Shown here: piece after piece, positions 1 to 8,603 of the stretch
How the letters are laid out: each line of letters starts with the position of its first letter
Numbering within the stretch: position 1 is the first letter of the stretch
Source of the DNA: Alphaproteobacteria bacterium
GTDB taxonomy: Bacteria > Pseudomonadota > Alphaproteobacteria > CAAGCB01 > CAG-977
DNA: 64,000 bases
Assembly (NCBI GenBank): GCA_017616015.1
Contig: JAFZYY010000015.1
Span: 23,787-87,786 of the forward strand
Direction of reading: 5' to 3'
Translations under genes and position numbers: made by a program
Notes under the pieces: model-generated
What the model saw: the letters and a program-made list of their open reading frames with translations, nothing else
Database searches by the model: none
Told to the model about the DNA's origin: nothing

Positions 1-1687
1 ACAAAGCGCCCTGATGTTTCAGCAACGACGCACCGATAATGGAATCCGCCGCGCCGAATGCGATTGCTTTGATGCGGCTTTTTCCGTTGCGGCCGACCAA
101 AGAACAGGAAACATGCCCGGATCCGACCACACGAACAGAAGAAACCGCCACGTCCGGTATGGCAAAACGCGGTTCCGGATTGCCTTCTCCAAACGGTTCC
201 ATCGCCGTTAACGTTTGAAGCAACTGCCCGCCGACGGCGCCGATGTCTATCACGGAATCAATGCGATAATCCGGCGCAGGCTGCTTTTCGCAACGATGCG
301 TCTGAAAATAATCTTCCAAAAACTTTTGAAATTCTTCCGCCCGATCAATCTTTAACGAAAAACCTGCCGCCATGGCATGACCGCCACCCGCCGTTAATAT
401 CCCTTTTTCTTTGGCGGCCAAAACAGCCGCCCCCAGATCCAGGCCTTCCACGGATCGCCCGGAACCGCGCAATTCATCGTCGTCCAGCGCCATAACCAAA
501 GCCGGAATGTGATAGCGTTCTTTCAGTTTGCCCGCGATAATCCCGACGACGCCGGGGTGCCACCCTTTTCCGTAAACGAAAACGAAAGAACGATGACTGT
601 CCGAACTTTCAATCTGCCCGATTGCCTGTTTGAAAATGTCTTCGCACATCTGCCGGCGCAGAACATTAAGCTCTTCGAGTTTTTCGGCAATTTCAGCCGC
701 TTCCGTTTCGTCTTCGGCGCACAACAGTTTCATGCCCAAAGACGCGCTGCCAATCCGGCCGCACGCGTTCAGACGGGGGCCTATCACGAAACCTAAATGA
801 TACGCTGTCGGTTTGTTTTTAATCTTGGATAAATCGCTTAAAACGCTTAAGCCTTTATTTTTGCGCTGCGCCATAACGGACAGTCCCGTTTTAACGAACA
901 ATCTGTTCAGGCCTCGCAGCGCCATAACATCGCACACCGTCCCCAAAGCGACCAAATCCAGAAAATCCATCAGTTGAGGTTCGGGAATCCGCGCATAGAA
1001 CCCTTTTTCGCGCAACAGACGGTTCACCGCTATTACGGTCATAAAAACAACGCCGACCGCCGCCATCTGACGGCAGGGATTATCCAAAGGTTCGTCAATC
1101 CGTTTCGGATTAACGACGGCGGTGACTTCGGGCAGGCGAACGTCTTGTTCGTGATGATCCAACACAACGACATCTACTTTTTGCCGCGTTAAAAGCGCCA
1201 ATTCATCAAAAGCAGACGTTCCGCAATCCGCCGTAATGACCAAAGAAACGCCCGCGTCTATAAATTCGCGCATAGCGGTTTCGCTGGGACCGTATCCTTC
1301 TTCGCGTTCCGGGATACGCGTTATGATGTCTGCCTTCAGTTCCGATAAAAACTGCGTCAGCAAAGCGCTGGACGTCGCGCCGTCAACGTCATAGTCGCCG
1401 AAAACGCCTATTTTTTCGTTATTCAAAACCGCTTGAGCAATGCGTTCCGCAGCCTTTTCCATATCGTTCAAAATATACGGATCCGGCAAATGATTTCGAA
1501 AAGACGGCTGTAAGAAAAAAGATACGTTTTCCGGTTTGACGTGACGAAGCGCCAATAAACGCGCGACGATTTCGGGCACACCAGACGCACGCACGATTTC
1601 GGCAACAATATCCGCCGGAACCTCCTGAGCCGCCCAAAACTGTGACGTCAGAGACTTTTCAACGCCCAAAGCCGCTTCTTTTTCCAT
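1..1687 (-). CDS. recJ: Single-stranded-DNA-specific exonuclease RecJ (3' end runs off the left edge of the window)
   Basis: Manual translation from ATG at 1687 gives MEKEAALGVEKSLTSQFW...HLPDPYILNDMEKAAERI. It contains the DHH-family motifs GDYDVDG, DCG, DHH and GGGHAMAAG. The ORF track misses it because there is no stop codon in the window. It lies directly downstream of hom. Confidence 0.93.
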   Translation of the reverse strand, partial: MEKEAALGVEKSLTSQFWAAQEVPADIVAEIVRASGVPEIVARLLALRHVKPENVSFFLQPSFRNHLPDPYILNDMEKAAERIAQAVLNNEKIGVFGDYDVDGATSSALLTQFLSELKADIITRIPEREEGYGPSETAMREFIDAGVSLVITADCGTSAFDELALLTRQKVDVVVLDHHEQDVRLPEVTAVVNPKRIDEPLDNPCRQMAAVGVVFMTVIAVNRLLREKGFYARIPEPQLMDFLDLVALGTVCDVMALRGLNRLFVKTGLSVMAQRKNKGLSVLSDLSKIKNKPTAYHLGFVIGPRLNACGRIGSASLGMKLLCAEDETEAAEIAEKLEELNVLRRQMCEDIFKQAIGQIESSDSHRSFVFVYGKGWHPGVVGIIAGKLKERYHIPALVMALDDDELRGSGRSVEGLDLGAAVLAAKEKGILTAGGGHAMAAGFSLKIDRAEEFQKFLEDYFQTHRCEKQPAPDYRIDSVIDIGAVGGQLLQTLTAMEPFGEGNPEPRFAIPDVAVSSVRVVGSGHVSCSLVGRNGKSRIKAIAFGAADSIIGASLLKHQGAL

Positions 1688-1690
1688 CGT

Positions 1691-2986
1691 TTAAAGCCGT
1701 TCAATCCGGATCATACAGGGTTTGCTGACAACGCTTTCCAACCCTTCAATCCGGCGCAAAGCAGAAACAACAGCTTTTTCTTTGGATTTATGGAAAGTCA
1801 TAATCAACGGCACGACACCGCCGGAAGTCTGGCTACGCTGAAGCATTGAAGCAATAGACACGTTTTCATCGCCTAAAATACGGGAAATATCCGCGACAAC
1901 TCCGGGACGATCGCGCACTTCGAAACGGACGTAATATTCGCCCTCCCGTTCGTCCAAAGAAACAACGGGAACCGGTTTGACTTCCTTATTCGCAACCGCC
2001 AACAACGGACCGCCGCGATGCATTGCCGCGTCCGCAATATCGGCCACAACGGCGGAAGCCGTCGGCCGTTCGCCCGCGCCACGCCCGACAAGCATGGAAT
2101 GGCCGACAAAATCGCCTTCGGTAATCACCGCGTTAAAAACGCCGTCCACATGGGCGATTTCCGCCGTCTGAGGAATCATGCACGGATAAACGTTTAAGGA
2201 AACGCCGTTGTCATAACGCCGTCCAACGCCCAACAATTTTATTCTGAAACCTAATTCTTCGGCAAAAGCAATATCCGCATCGGAAATAAAACGAATGCCT
2301 TCAATCGACATCGTCTTCAAATCAATCGGCATACCAAATGCCAGTGCGCCTAAAATGCAGGTCTTGTGCGCCGTATCAATCCCGTCAATATCAAAGCTCG
2401 GATCCGCTTCCGCATAACCTAATTTTTGCGCTTCGGCCAGAACAACATCAAAAGGCTTTCCCGTTTCGCGCATGACGGTCAGAATATAGTTGCAGGTTCC
2501 GTTCAGAATACCGTAAATTTCCGAAATTTTATTGCCGATCAAACCTTCCCGCAGCGCTTTGATAATCGGGATTCCGCCGGCGACCGCGGCTTCGTAGCCG
2601 AAGAAGACGCCTTTTTCTTCCGCCAGCTTTGCCAATTCGTTTCCGTGATGGGCTATCATCGCTTTGTTGGCAGTCACAAACCCTTTGCCCCGATTTAAAG
2701 CGGTCAGACAAATATCATGCGCTATGCCGTTTGCGCCGCCGATCAGCTCGACGATAACGTCTGCGTCCGCTTTTTCCGCCATTTCGCGGGCGTCCTGATA
2801 ACGCGCGACCGTTGCGGGCAACCCCAATTCGTCAAAACGGGCTTCGTTCAAATCCGACGCGGCAATCAATTCGATCGGCCGACCGCAACGTTTTAATAAA
2901 ATTTCTTTTTGTTCCAGCAATAATCTGGCCACACCGCCGCCGACAGTTCCCAAACCGGCGAGAGCAACACGATATACCTCTGACAT
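1691..2986 (-). CDS. hom: Homoserine dehydrogenase with C-terminal ACT domain
   Basis: Motifs GLGTVGGG, VTANKA, YEAAVAGGIP, GILNGTCNYIL, GYAEADP and GRGAG; ACT domain DRPGVVADIS. Confidence 0.97.
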   Translation of the reverse strand: MSEVYRVALAGLGTVGGGVARLLLEQKEILLKRCGRPIELIAASDLNEARFDELGLPATVARYQDAREMAEKADADVIVELIGGANGIAHDICLTALNRGKGFVTANKAMIAHHGNELAKLAEEKGVFFGYEAAVAGGIPIIKALREGLIGNKISEIYGILNGTCNYILTVMRETGKPFDVVLAEAQKLGYAEADPSFDIDGIDTAHKTCILGALAFGMPIDLKTMSIEGIRFISDADIAFAEELGFRIKLLGVGRRYDNGVSLNVYPCMIPQTAEIAHVDGVFNAVITEGDFVGHSMLVGRGAGERPTASAVVADIADAAMHRGGPLLAVANKEVKPVPVVSLDEREGEYYVRFEVRDRPGVVADISRILGDENVSIASMLQRSQTSGGVVPLIMTFHKSKEKAVVSALRRIEGLESVVSKPCMIRIERL

Positions 2987-2994
2987 AAAATCAC

Positions 2995-3813
2995 CTATTC
3001 ATCTAAAAAAATTTCAACGGAAGAATCGCTTTCGCTTAATTCCGGCTTCTTCAAAAGAATAACATCTTCCTGCGGCGGCATCAGAACAATTTTTTCCTGA
3101 ACCTCGGCGGGTTTAAGCAAAACAAAAGAAGCCTCTTCCTGATTTTTAACTCCTGTTTTTTCATTTTTCGAAACAGCAGGCGGCTTCAATAAAACGATAT
3201 TTTCTTCTTTTTCATGAGCGGGTTCAAAAGAAACACTTTTGCTGACAATTACTTCGTTCGAATCTGCGGACACGGTTAACGATGGCAAAGAATGGCCGGA
3301 CTCTTCCGCCTTTTTACCGGCAGGCGCGGAAACGACCTCGATCAGCTCAAGCTTTGTCGCTTTCGGCGCAATAATGCCGGACAGCATTTCCTCTTCCGAC
3401 ATTGCCTGAAATTCGTCTTTTTCCTGTTTTTTCACTTCCAGCGCCCGAACTTCCTGCGCTTCTCTGCGTTTCTGAGAACCGTATAAAACACCGGAGTCCG
3501 GCGCGTTAAGACCTTTGCGCAAAGATATTTTTTCTTTTGATCCGAAACGGCCGGCGTGTTCGTAAACCTGAACACGCTCTGATGGCTTGTCTTCTTTTTT
3601 CTTTACCGTTACCGCCGGAGAAGTCAAATTCAACATCTCGTCCACCGTCCGTCCCGGTTTATCGTCCGGCGTAACGGGAACCATATCGGGTTCGGGAACG
3701 ACAAAATTTTCCTCATATCCGTAAACAAGCGAATCTTCCGTAGAAGAACAAGCCCCGATCCCCAGGACAAAGGTTACCAAAACGATTCGCGCCGCTATTG
3801 AAAAAAACGTCAT
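2995..3813 (-). CDS. Hypothetical lipoprotein, low complexity, with repeated (I/V)xL(K/M)PP-like motifs near the C-terminus
   Basis: Signal peptide with lipobox IGA-C; 272-aa ORF co-oriented with hom, stop codon 8 bp upstream of the hom start. Confidence 0.65.
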   Translation of the reverse strand: MTFFSIAARIVLVTFVLGIGACSSTEDSLVYGYEENFVVPEPDMVPVTPDDKPGRTVDEMLNLTSPAVTVKKKEDKPSERVQVYEHAGRFGSKEKISLRKGLNAPDSGVLYGSQKRREAQEVRALEVKKQEKDEFQAMSEEEMLSGIIAPKATKLELIEVVSAPAGKKAEESGHSLPSLTVSADSNEVIVSKSVSFEPAHEKEENIVLLKPPAVSKNEKTGVKNQEEASFVLLKPAEVQEKIVLMPPQEDVILLKKPELSESDSSVEIFLDE

Positions 3814-3987
3814 ACCCGTTTACCTTAAATAAAATAAAACCGCTTTGATATTACAGGTACTTGTCCGAAAGAGCAAGCAAGACTTTATCGGCATAATTTT
3901 TCAGAAAACTATACAATCGACTTTCCTAAAAAATTATTTCTAAACAAATCGTTAACAAAAAAGACGTGGACAAATTAGACAAATATC

Positions 3988-4016
3988 TTGACTCGTCCTC
4001 AAAAGACTGCTATCCT
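3988..4016 (+). promoter_or_regulatory. Sigma70-type promoter for the adenosine deaminase gene
   Basis: TTGACT-17 bp-TATCCT with a TG extended -10. It is bracketed by the inverted repeat ACTCGTC (3991-3997) / GACGAGT (4017-4023). Confidence 0.5.
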
Positions 4017-4085
4017 GACGAGTTAAGAATGGATAAATGTACCAATTAAACAATCAGAGGGTGGGAATACCCCGGAAGGTGGACT

Positions 4086-5357
4086 ATGACAAACAAAGTA
4101 GATACAACGACTCTACCGAAAGTAACGTTGCATGAACATATTGAAGGCACCGTTACTCCTGAAATGGCGGCGAAACTGGCTCAGCGTCATCATGTGACTT
4201 TGCCGGACAACTTTGTTATGGCTGAAGGGCAATACGATAAAAAAGATTTCCCGAACGGTCGCTATGCTTACGATGAAAGCGATTTCTGGGCTTTCATCAA
4301 TACATATGACAGCGTTGCGGATATGATGCGCACGCCGCAGGACTATTACGACGTCACCAAAGATTATCTGAGCAAGAACGCGGCTGAAGGCGGCGTTTAT
4401 GCCGAATTAATTATCTCGCCGGCTCATATGGCAATGGAAGTCAATCCCGAAACGGGAAAAAGCGAACTGTCGGCCGCGCGTTATCGCGCCATGATGGACG
4501 CCATTGCCAAAGCGGCGCAGGAAGTCAAAGAAGAAACCGGATTGGAAACGCGCTTCATTGCGACGGGCGTGCGGAATTTAGGCGCGGAAAACGTTAAGCA
4601 GGTCGCGGAATTTATCCGTGACAATCCGCATTCCATGGTAACCGGTTTCGGCATTGCCGGAAACGAACGCGCCGGAGAATTTGATGATTTCGCGGAAGCC
4701 CTGGCTATTGCCAAAGGCGCAGGATTGAAGCTGGCTCTTCACGCCGGTGAAATTCGCGGGCCTGAAAGCATCAAAGACGCCATTCGTTTGGGCGCTTCCC
4801 GAATCGGACACGGAGTTTCCGCTCCGCAGGATCCCGAAGTCATGAAAATGTTGGCCGAGAAAAATATCATGGTTGAAGTCTGCCCGACGTCCAACCGCAT
4901 TTTGGTTACGGATTTAAAAGGCGACCTGGCCAACCACCCCGCTCGTATATTGTACGATGCCGGCGTGCGCATTTCTTTAAACCCTGATGATGCCGGCATT
5001 TTCGGTACGCATACTGGGAAAGAGCATCGCATCAGCGCCGAAAAATTCGGCTTCACAAAAGCGGAAATGATGGACATTACTTTATGCGCGATTGAAAATT
5101 CTTTCGCTGACGTTAAAACGCGCAAACAGCTTAAAGAAAACGTTTATAAAAAAATGTCCGAAGAAGACCGCAAAGAATTGCGTGATTTAGCAGCTAACGC
5201 GAAAAATCCCGTTTTAAAGAAACGCTTGGAAACGCGTGTGGCGGAAAGCGAGAAAGTCGCAAAAAAGCTTGAAATCCAAAAACGCCGGACAAAAGCTTTG
5301 AATTCCATAAAAGCGACAAAAATGGCAATAATCAACAAAAAATCGGCCACACGATAA
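4086..5357 (+). CDS. add: Adenosine/adenine deaminase with a ~70-aa basic C-terminal extension
   Basis: Metal and catalytic motifs LHEHIEG, HAGE, RIGHG, EVCPTSN and SLNPDD are intact. The extension after the catalytic barrel ends in ...KMAIINKKSATR. Confidence 0.9.
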   Translation: MTNKVDTTTLPKVTLHEHIEGTVTPEMAAKLAQRHHVTLPDNFVMAEGQYDKKDFPNGRYAYDESDFWAFINTYDSVADMMRTPQDYYDVTKDYLSKNAAEGGVYAELIISPAHMAMEVNPETGKSELSAARYRAMMDAIAKAAQEVKEETGLETRFIATGVRNLGAENVKQVAEFIRDNPHSMVTGFGIAGNERAGEFDDFAEALAIAKGAGLKLALHAGEIRGPESIKDAIRLGASRIGHGVSAPQDPEVMKMLAEKNIMVEVCPTSNRILVTDLKGDLANHPARILYDAGVRISLNPDDAGIFGTHTGKEHRISAEKFGFTKAEMMDITLCAIENSFADVKTRKQLKENVYKKMSEEDRKELRDLAANAKNPVLKKRLETRVAESEKVAKKLEIQKRRTKALNSIKATKMAIINKKSATR

Positions 5358-5363
5358 GAAATG

Positions 5364-5393
5364 AAAAAAACCGCTGAAAATCAGCGGTTTTTT
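5364..5393. terminator. Bidirectional intrinsic terminator
   Basis: A7-CCGCTGA-AAA-TCAGCGG-T6 between convergent genes. Confidence 0.85.
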
Positions 5394-5426
5394 ATTGCCT
5401 AAACACTATACGCGTTTAATAGAGAG

Positions 5427-6332
5427 TTATTCCTTTTCCGGAGTATATTCCAAAGGCGGTTCGTCTTTAAACTTATCCACCCACAGCATAATGTGCTTTT
5501 GAAGCTGCAGTTCTATTGCGGACTTATCTTTAATCTTCTCTTTAAACCGTTCTTCAAAGCTTTTTTTATGCAGACGACAAGGCGATAATTTAGAAAATGA
5601 AACAAAATATTTAATATGACGCAACGCCGTATTGCCGAAGTGTAATTTATCTTTGACTTTAAAACGTCGGGATTCCGCGTCTGCAGCATACCTGCTTGTC
5701 AGCATAAAATCGACTTCGCCGGAAAGCAATTTACGAAAAGCGCTTTCCGCACCGTCAACGACTTCCAACTTTGTATCCGTCGGCAAAGATCCGCGAATTA
5801 ACGGCTCTATGACTTCTTCCCGGCGGATAACGCCCTTCAGTCCTTTCAGCTCGGAAAGATCCCGGACATCAATGGTCTTAGTATTTCTGGACACGACAAT
5901 AAAAGGATTACCGAAATACGCCGGATAAACATAATCCTGACCGGATTTCGCTTCATCGACATAATACGTTATAAACGAAAAAGCCGTATTGCCGCGCAAC
6001 AAAGCTTTTTGCGTTTGCTGAAAATCATCGAAAACAATATTTTTCATTTTCACGATCTTCAATTCATCAGCCGTTTCTTTCACAAGATCGACAATCAAAC
6101 CTTTATATTCTTCCTGCCTGTCTTGCGGATCCGGGACTCCCTCATTTATAACTTCAGTCCACGAAAACGGCGGATAATTCTTAATGCCTACGATTGAAAA
6201 CCGCCGATCCGATTCTTCTCCCCCGCAAACAATCAGAGGATCTTTTCCTCTTCTTGCCGGAGCCGCATAAACCTGAACACTACAAAGAAGCAAACAGAAA
6301 AAAATCATCGAACAAAACTTAAATCGCTTCAT
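5427..6332 (-). CDS. Periplasmic amino-acid-type substrate-binding protein (SBP family 3)
   Basis: Signal peptide from MKRFKF (6332; the ORF track extends to 6461). Motifs NYPPFSW, YKGLIVDL, DLSELKGLKG and LLSGEVDF. Confidence 0.8.
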   Translation of the reverse strand: MKRFKFCSMIFFCLLLCSVQVYAAPARRGKDPLIVCGGEESDRRFSIVGIKNYPPFSWTEVINEGVPDPQDRQEEYKGLIVDLVKETADELKIVKMKNIVFDDFQQTQKALLRGNTAFSFITYYVDEAKSGQDYVYPAYFGNPFIVVSRNTKTIDVRDLSELKGLKGVIRREEVIEPLIRGSLPTDTKLEVVDGAESAFRKLLSGEVDFMLTSRYAADAESRRFKVKDKLHFGNTALRHIKYFVSFSKLSPCRLHKKSFEERFKEKIKDKSAIELQLQKHIMLWVDKFKDEPPLEYTPEKE

Positions 6333-6472
6333 TTTATGTTTCCTTTGAAAAAGAATTTGCGAAAATCGCTCGTCTCTTATTATTTTTAATAATTTTCTCC
6401 GTTTTAGTAAAGATTTTTGATTTTTAATTCGGATTCGGTTATCATTCCCATATTCATTCAAGGAGTTTTATT

Positions 6473-6889
6473 ATGACCGACAATCCCTATATGACCGCAG
6501 AAGCGTCCGCGTTGCCGCAAAACGAACTGGAAGCCAGAGCCCTTGTCCGGACGGCGTCCCGCCTGAACAATATTAAAGAACATTGGCCCGTAACGACAGA
6601 AGAACTTAACGAAGCACTGGATTTAAACCGAAAACTGTGGACGATTCTGGTCACCGGTGCAACGGAAGAAAGCAATCCTCTTCCGCTTGAAATCAAACAA
6701 AATATTTTCAATTTAGCCCATTTTATTTTCAAACATACCTTCGCCGTCATGGCAAAGCCTTCGGCTCAGTCTCTGGAAATACTGATCAGTATTAATATGA
6801 ATATCGCGCGCGGTTTGAACGAGCAAAGTCTGCGCCGCGCCCAACAACAGGAAGCGGAACAAAACGCGGAACAAAAGCCTGTCGAATAA
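6473..6889 (+). CDS. flaF: Flagellar biosynthesis regulator FlaF family protein
   Basis: ELEARAL...ALDLNRKLWT...NPLPLEIKQNI...LISINMNIARGL matches the FlaF pattern; GGAG RBS. Confidence 0.85.
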   Translation: MTDNPYMTAEASALPQNELEARALVRTASRLNNIKEHWPVTTEELNEALDLNRKLWTILVTGATEESNPLPLEIKQNIFNLAHFIFKHTFAVMAKPSAQSLEILISINMNIARGLNEQSLRRAQQQEAEQNAEQKPVE

Positions 6890-6909
6890 AAGCGAAACGG
6901 AGAGTTTAT

Positions 6910-7600
6910 AAAAGTGACCCCCGCGTAAAACGCGGGGTTCTTTCTTGACGGGCATAGCCCTCATGCTACTGGCTACGCCTAAACGGCGTTTTGTTTGGTC
7001 TGGTGCGAGCAATTTGTTACTTACTACCCGTAAACGGGTCTGATATGTCCAGCGTCAGCTGATCTGATGCGGCGTCTTCTTCCAGTTGATGTTGGATATA
7101 TTCGGTTATCTTCTTTGTATTTTTCCCGACCGTATCCACATAATATCCTTTGCACCAGAATTCTCTGCTCCGGTATTTGTATCTGATATTACTCCATTGT
7201 TCATAAATCAGCAGACTGCTTTTTCCTTTCAGAAATCCCATAAATCCGGCCACACTTATCTTCGGTGGTATTTCGACCAACATGTGTATATGATCAGGAC
7301 ACGCTTCCCCTTCCAGAACATTTACTCCTTTCCATTTACATAATTTCCTTAGCATTTGGCCTATTTCGTATCGTTTCTCCCCGTAAAACACTTTGCGGCG
7401 ATACTTTGGGGCAAATACCACGTGATATTTACAATTCCATGTTGAATGTGATAGCGTATGCATATCATTCATATTGATTACTCCTTTGACTGCAATGCTC
7501 GTCGGTTCACCAGACCTCCTGCATTGTACCAAAGGAGTTTTTTTCTGCGCATAGCTATAAGCTTTTCTGAACCACGCGCCTAGCGCGTGGTTTTCGGGTT
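6910..7600 (-). mobile_element. IS200/IS605-family element (IS200 type, tnpA only); ends approximate
   Basis: Y1 transposase flanked by subterminal hairpins CCCCGCGT-AAA-ACGCGGGG (6919-6937) and AACCACGCGC-CTA-GCGCGTGGTT (7570-7592). An RBS-sequestering inverted repeat lies at 7480-7538. Confidence 0.88.
7017..7472 (-). CDS. tnpA: IS200-family Y1 (HUH) transposase
   Basis: HSTWNCKYHVVFAPKYRR, HUH motif DHIHML, KGKSS, FWCKGYYVDTVG and catalytic Tyr in YIQHQ; start at MNDM (7472) behind AAGGAG. Confidence 0.96.
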   Translation of the reverse strand: MNDMHTLSHSTWNCKYHVVFAPKYRRKVFYGEKRYEIGQMLRKLCKWKGVNVLEGEACPDHIHMLVEIPPKISVAGFMGFLKGKSSLLIYEQWSNIRYKYRSREFWCKGYYVDTVGKNTKKITEYIQHQLEEDAASDQLTLDISDPFTGSK

Positions 7601-7608
7601 ACAAAAAA

Positions 7609-8586
7609 TCAGGTCACTTCCGTCACTGCGCGGATATTGCCTTGACGGTTAATTTGAACGACACGCAGTTTATCATGCATTTCCGCTATTGTTTTCTCAC
7701 GATCGATTGTCGGATAACAGTGCAGAATACGGTCGGTAAACGCCTTATACGCCGCTTCGGAATTTTCCGCGTGAATTGTCGCAAAGCAGTTATCGTGCCC
7801 GGATCCCATCAATTCCCATAAAGCGCCCGCGTTCGCCGTTGAAATTTCACCGCCGATAATCGCGTCCGGCGTAAAGCGCACGACCAGGTCGATCAGCTTC
7901 GGATACGTCATCGTATTCGTTTGTTCGGTACGCGATAACACCAAATGAACGTGATTGGGGTGAGGCACGATCAATTCTCGGGTATCTTCAATCGTAATCA
8001 CGCGTTTGTGAGAATCCAAAATCGTCAGCAGATTGTTCAAAAAAGTCGTTTTACCGGTTGCCGTCGCACCGGAAACCAGAATGTGATCGCCGCGCTTAAT
8101 AGACAGAATTAAACGTTCGTAAGGGTCTTCCGGATTTTCGACTTCCTTCAGCTTATTAAGCTTCTGAAGACGTTCCCCTGACTTCAAACCGTAGTCCCCC
8201 AAGCCGAATTTAACATCGTCCGAATGCACACGGACGCACATGGCAATACCGCCGGTCAGGTCTTCGTTATCATACATAACGTTTTTGCCGGCTATTCCGG
8301 TAAAACGGTGATCTCCCGGCAATGTCGCATAAACCGTCGGGGATCCTTGTTCGGGATCGAACGGCAATTCAAAGGTATTGGCAATGATATGCATGATATC
8401 CGTCAGATACGTTCTGGATAAATTCTTATCCTGCTGACAGGCCCACGGATGCGCTCTGCGACCGCGCAGACGCAACCAGATTTCGTCCGGTCTGTTAATG
8501 GAAATTTCTTCAACATTATCCTGTTCGTACCAATACGACAAATAACGCAAAGTTGATTTTAATACCTGAAAAGAATCTGAACTCAT
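7609..8586 (-). CDS. virB11: Type IV secretion ATPase VirB11
   Basis: EISINRP, Walker A SGATATGKTT, Asp box TIEDTREL, Walker B PDAIIGGE and His box GH...TIHA; directly downstream of virB10. Confidence 0.9.
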   Translation of the reverse strand: MSSDSFQVLKSTLRYLSYWYEQDNVEEISINRPDEIWLRLRGRRAHPWACQQDKNLSRTYLTDIMHIIANTFELPFDPEQGSPTVYATLPGDHRFTGIAGKNVMYDNEDLTGGIAMCVRVHSDDVKFGLGDYGLKSGERLQKLNKLKEVENPEDPYERLILSIKRGDHILVSGATATGKTTFLNNLLTILDSHKRVITIEDTRELIVPHPNHVHLVLSRTEQTNTMTYPKLIDLVVRFTPDAIIGGEISTANAGALWELMGSGHDNCFATIHAENSEAAYKAFTDRILHCYPTIDREKTIAEMHDKLRVVQINRQGNIRAVTEVT

Positions 8587-8603
8587 ATTCTCATTCCCAA
8601 TCT

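Noticed and set aside
1419-1637. 72-aa minus-strand ORF suggesting a recJ frameshift
   Set aside because: Manual translation from 1687 stays open through this region in another frame; no evidence of a pseudogene.
3941-3956. TAAA-N7-TTAAC, resembling a CtrA box
   Set aside because: One mismatch in AT-rich DNA; expected by chance and unsupported.
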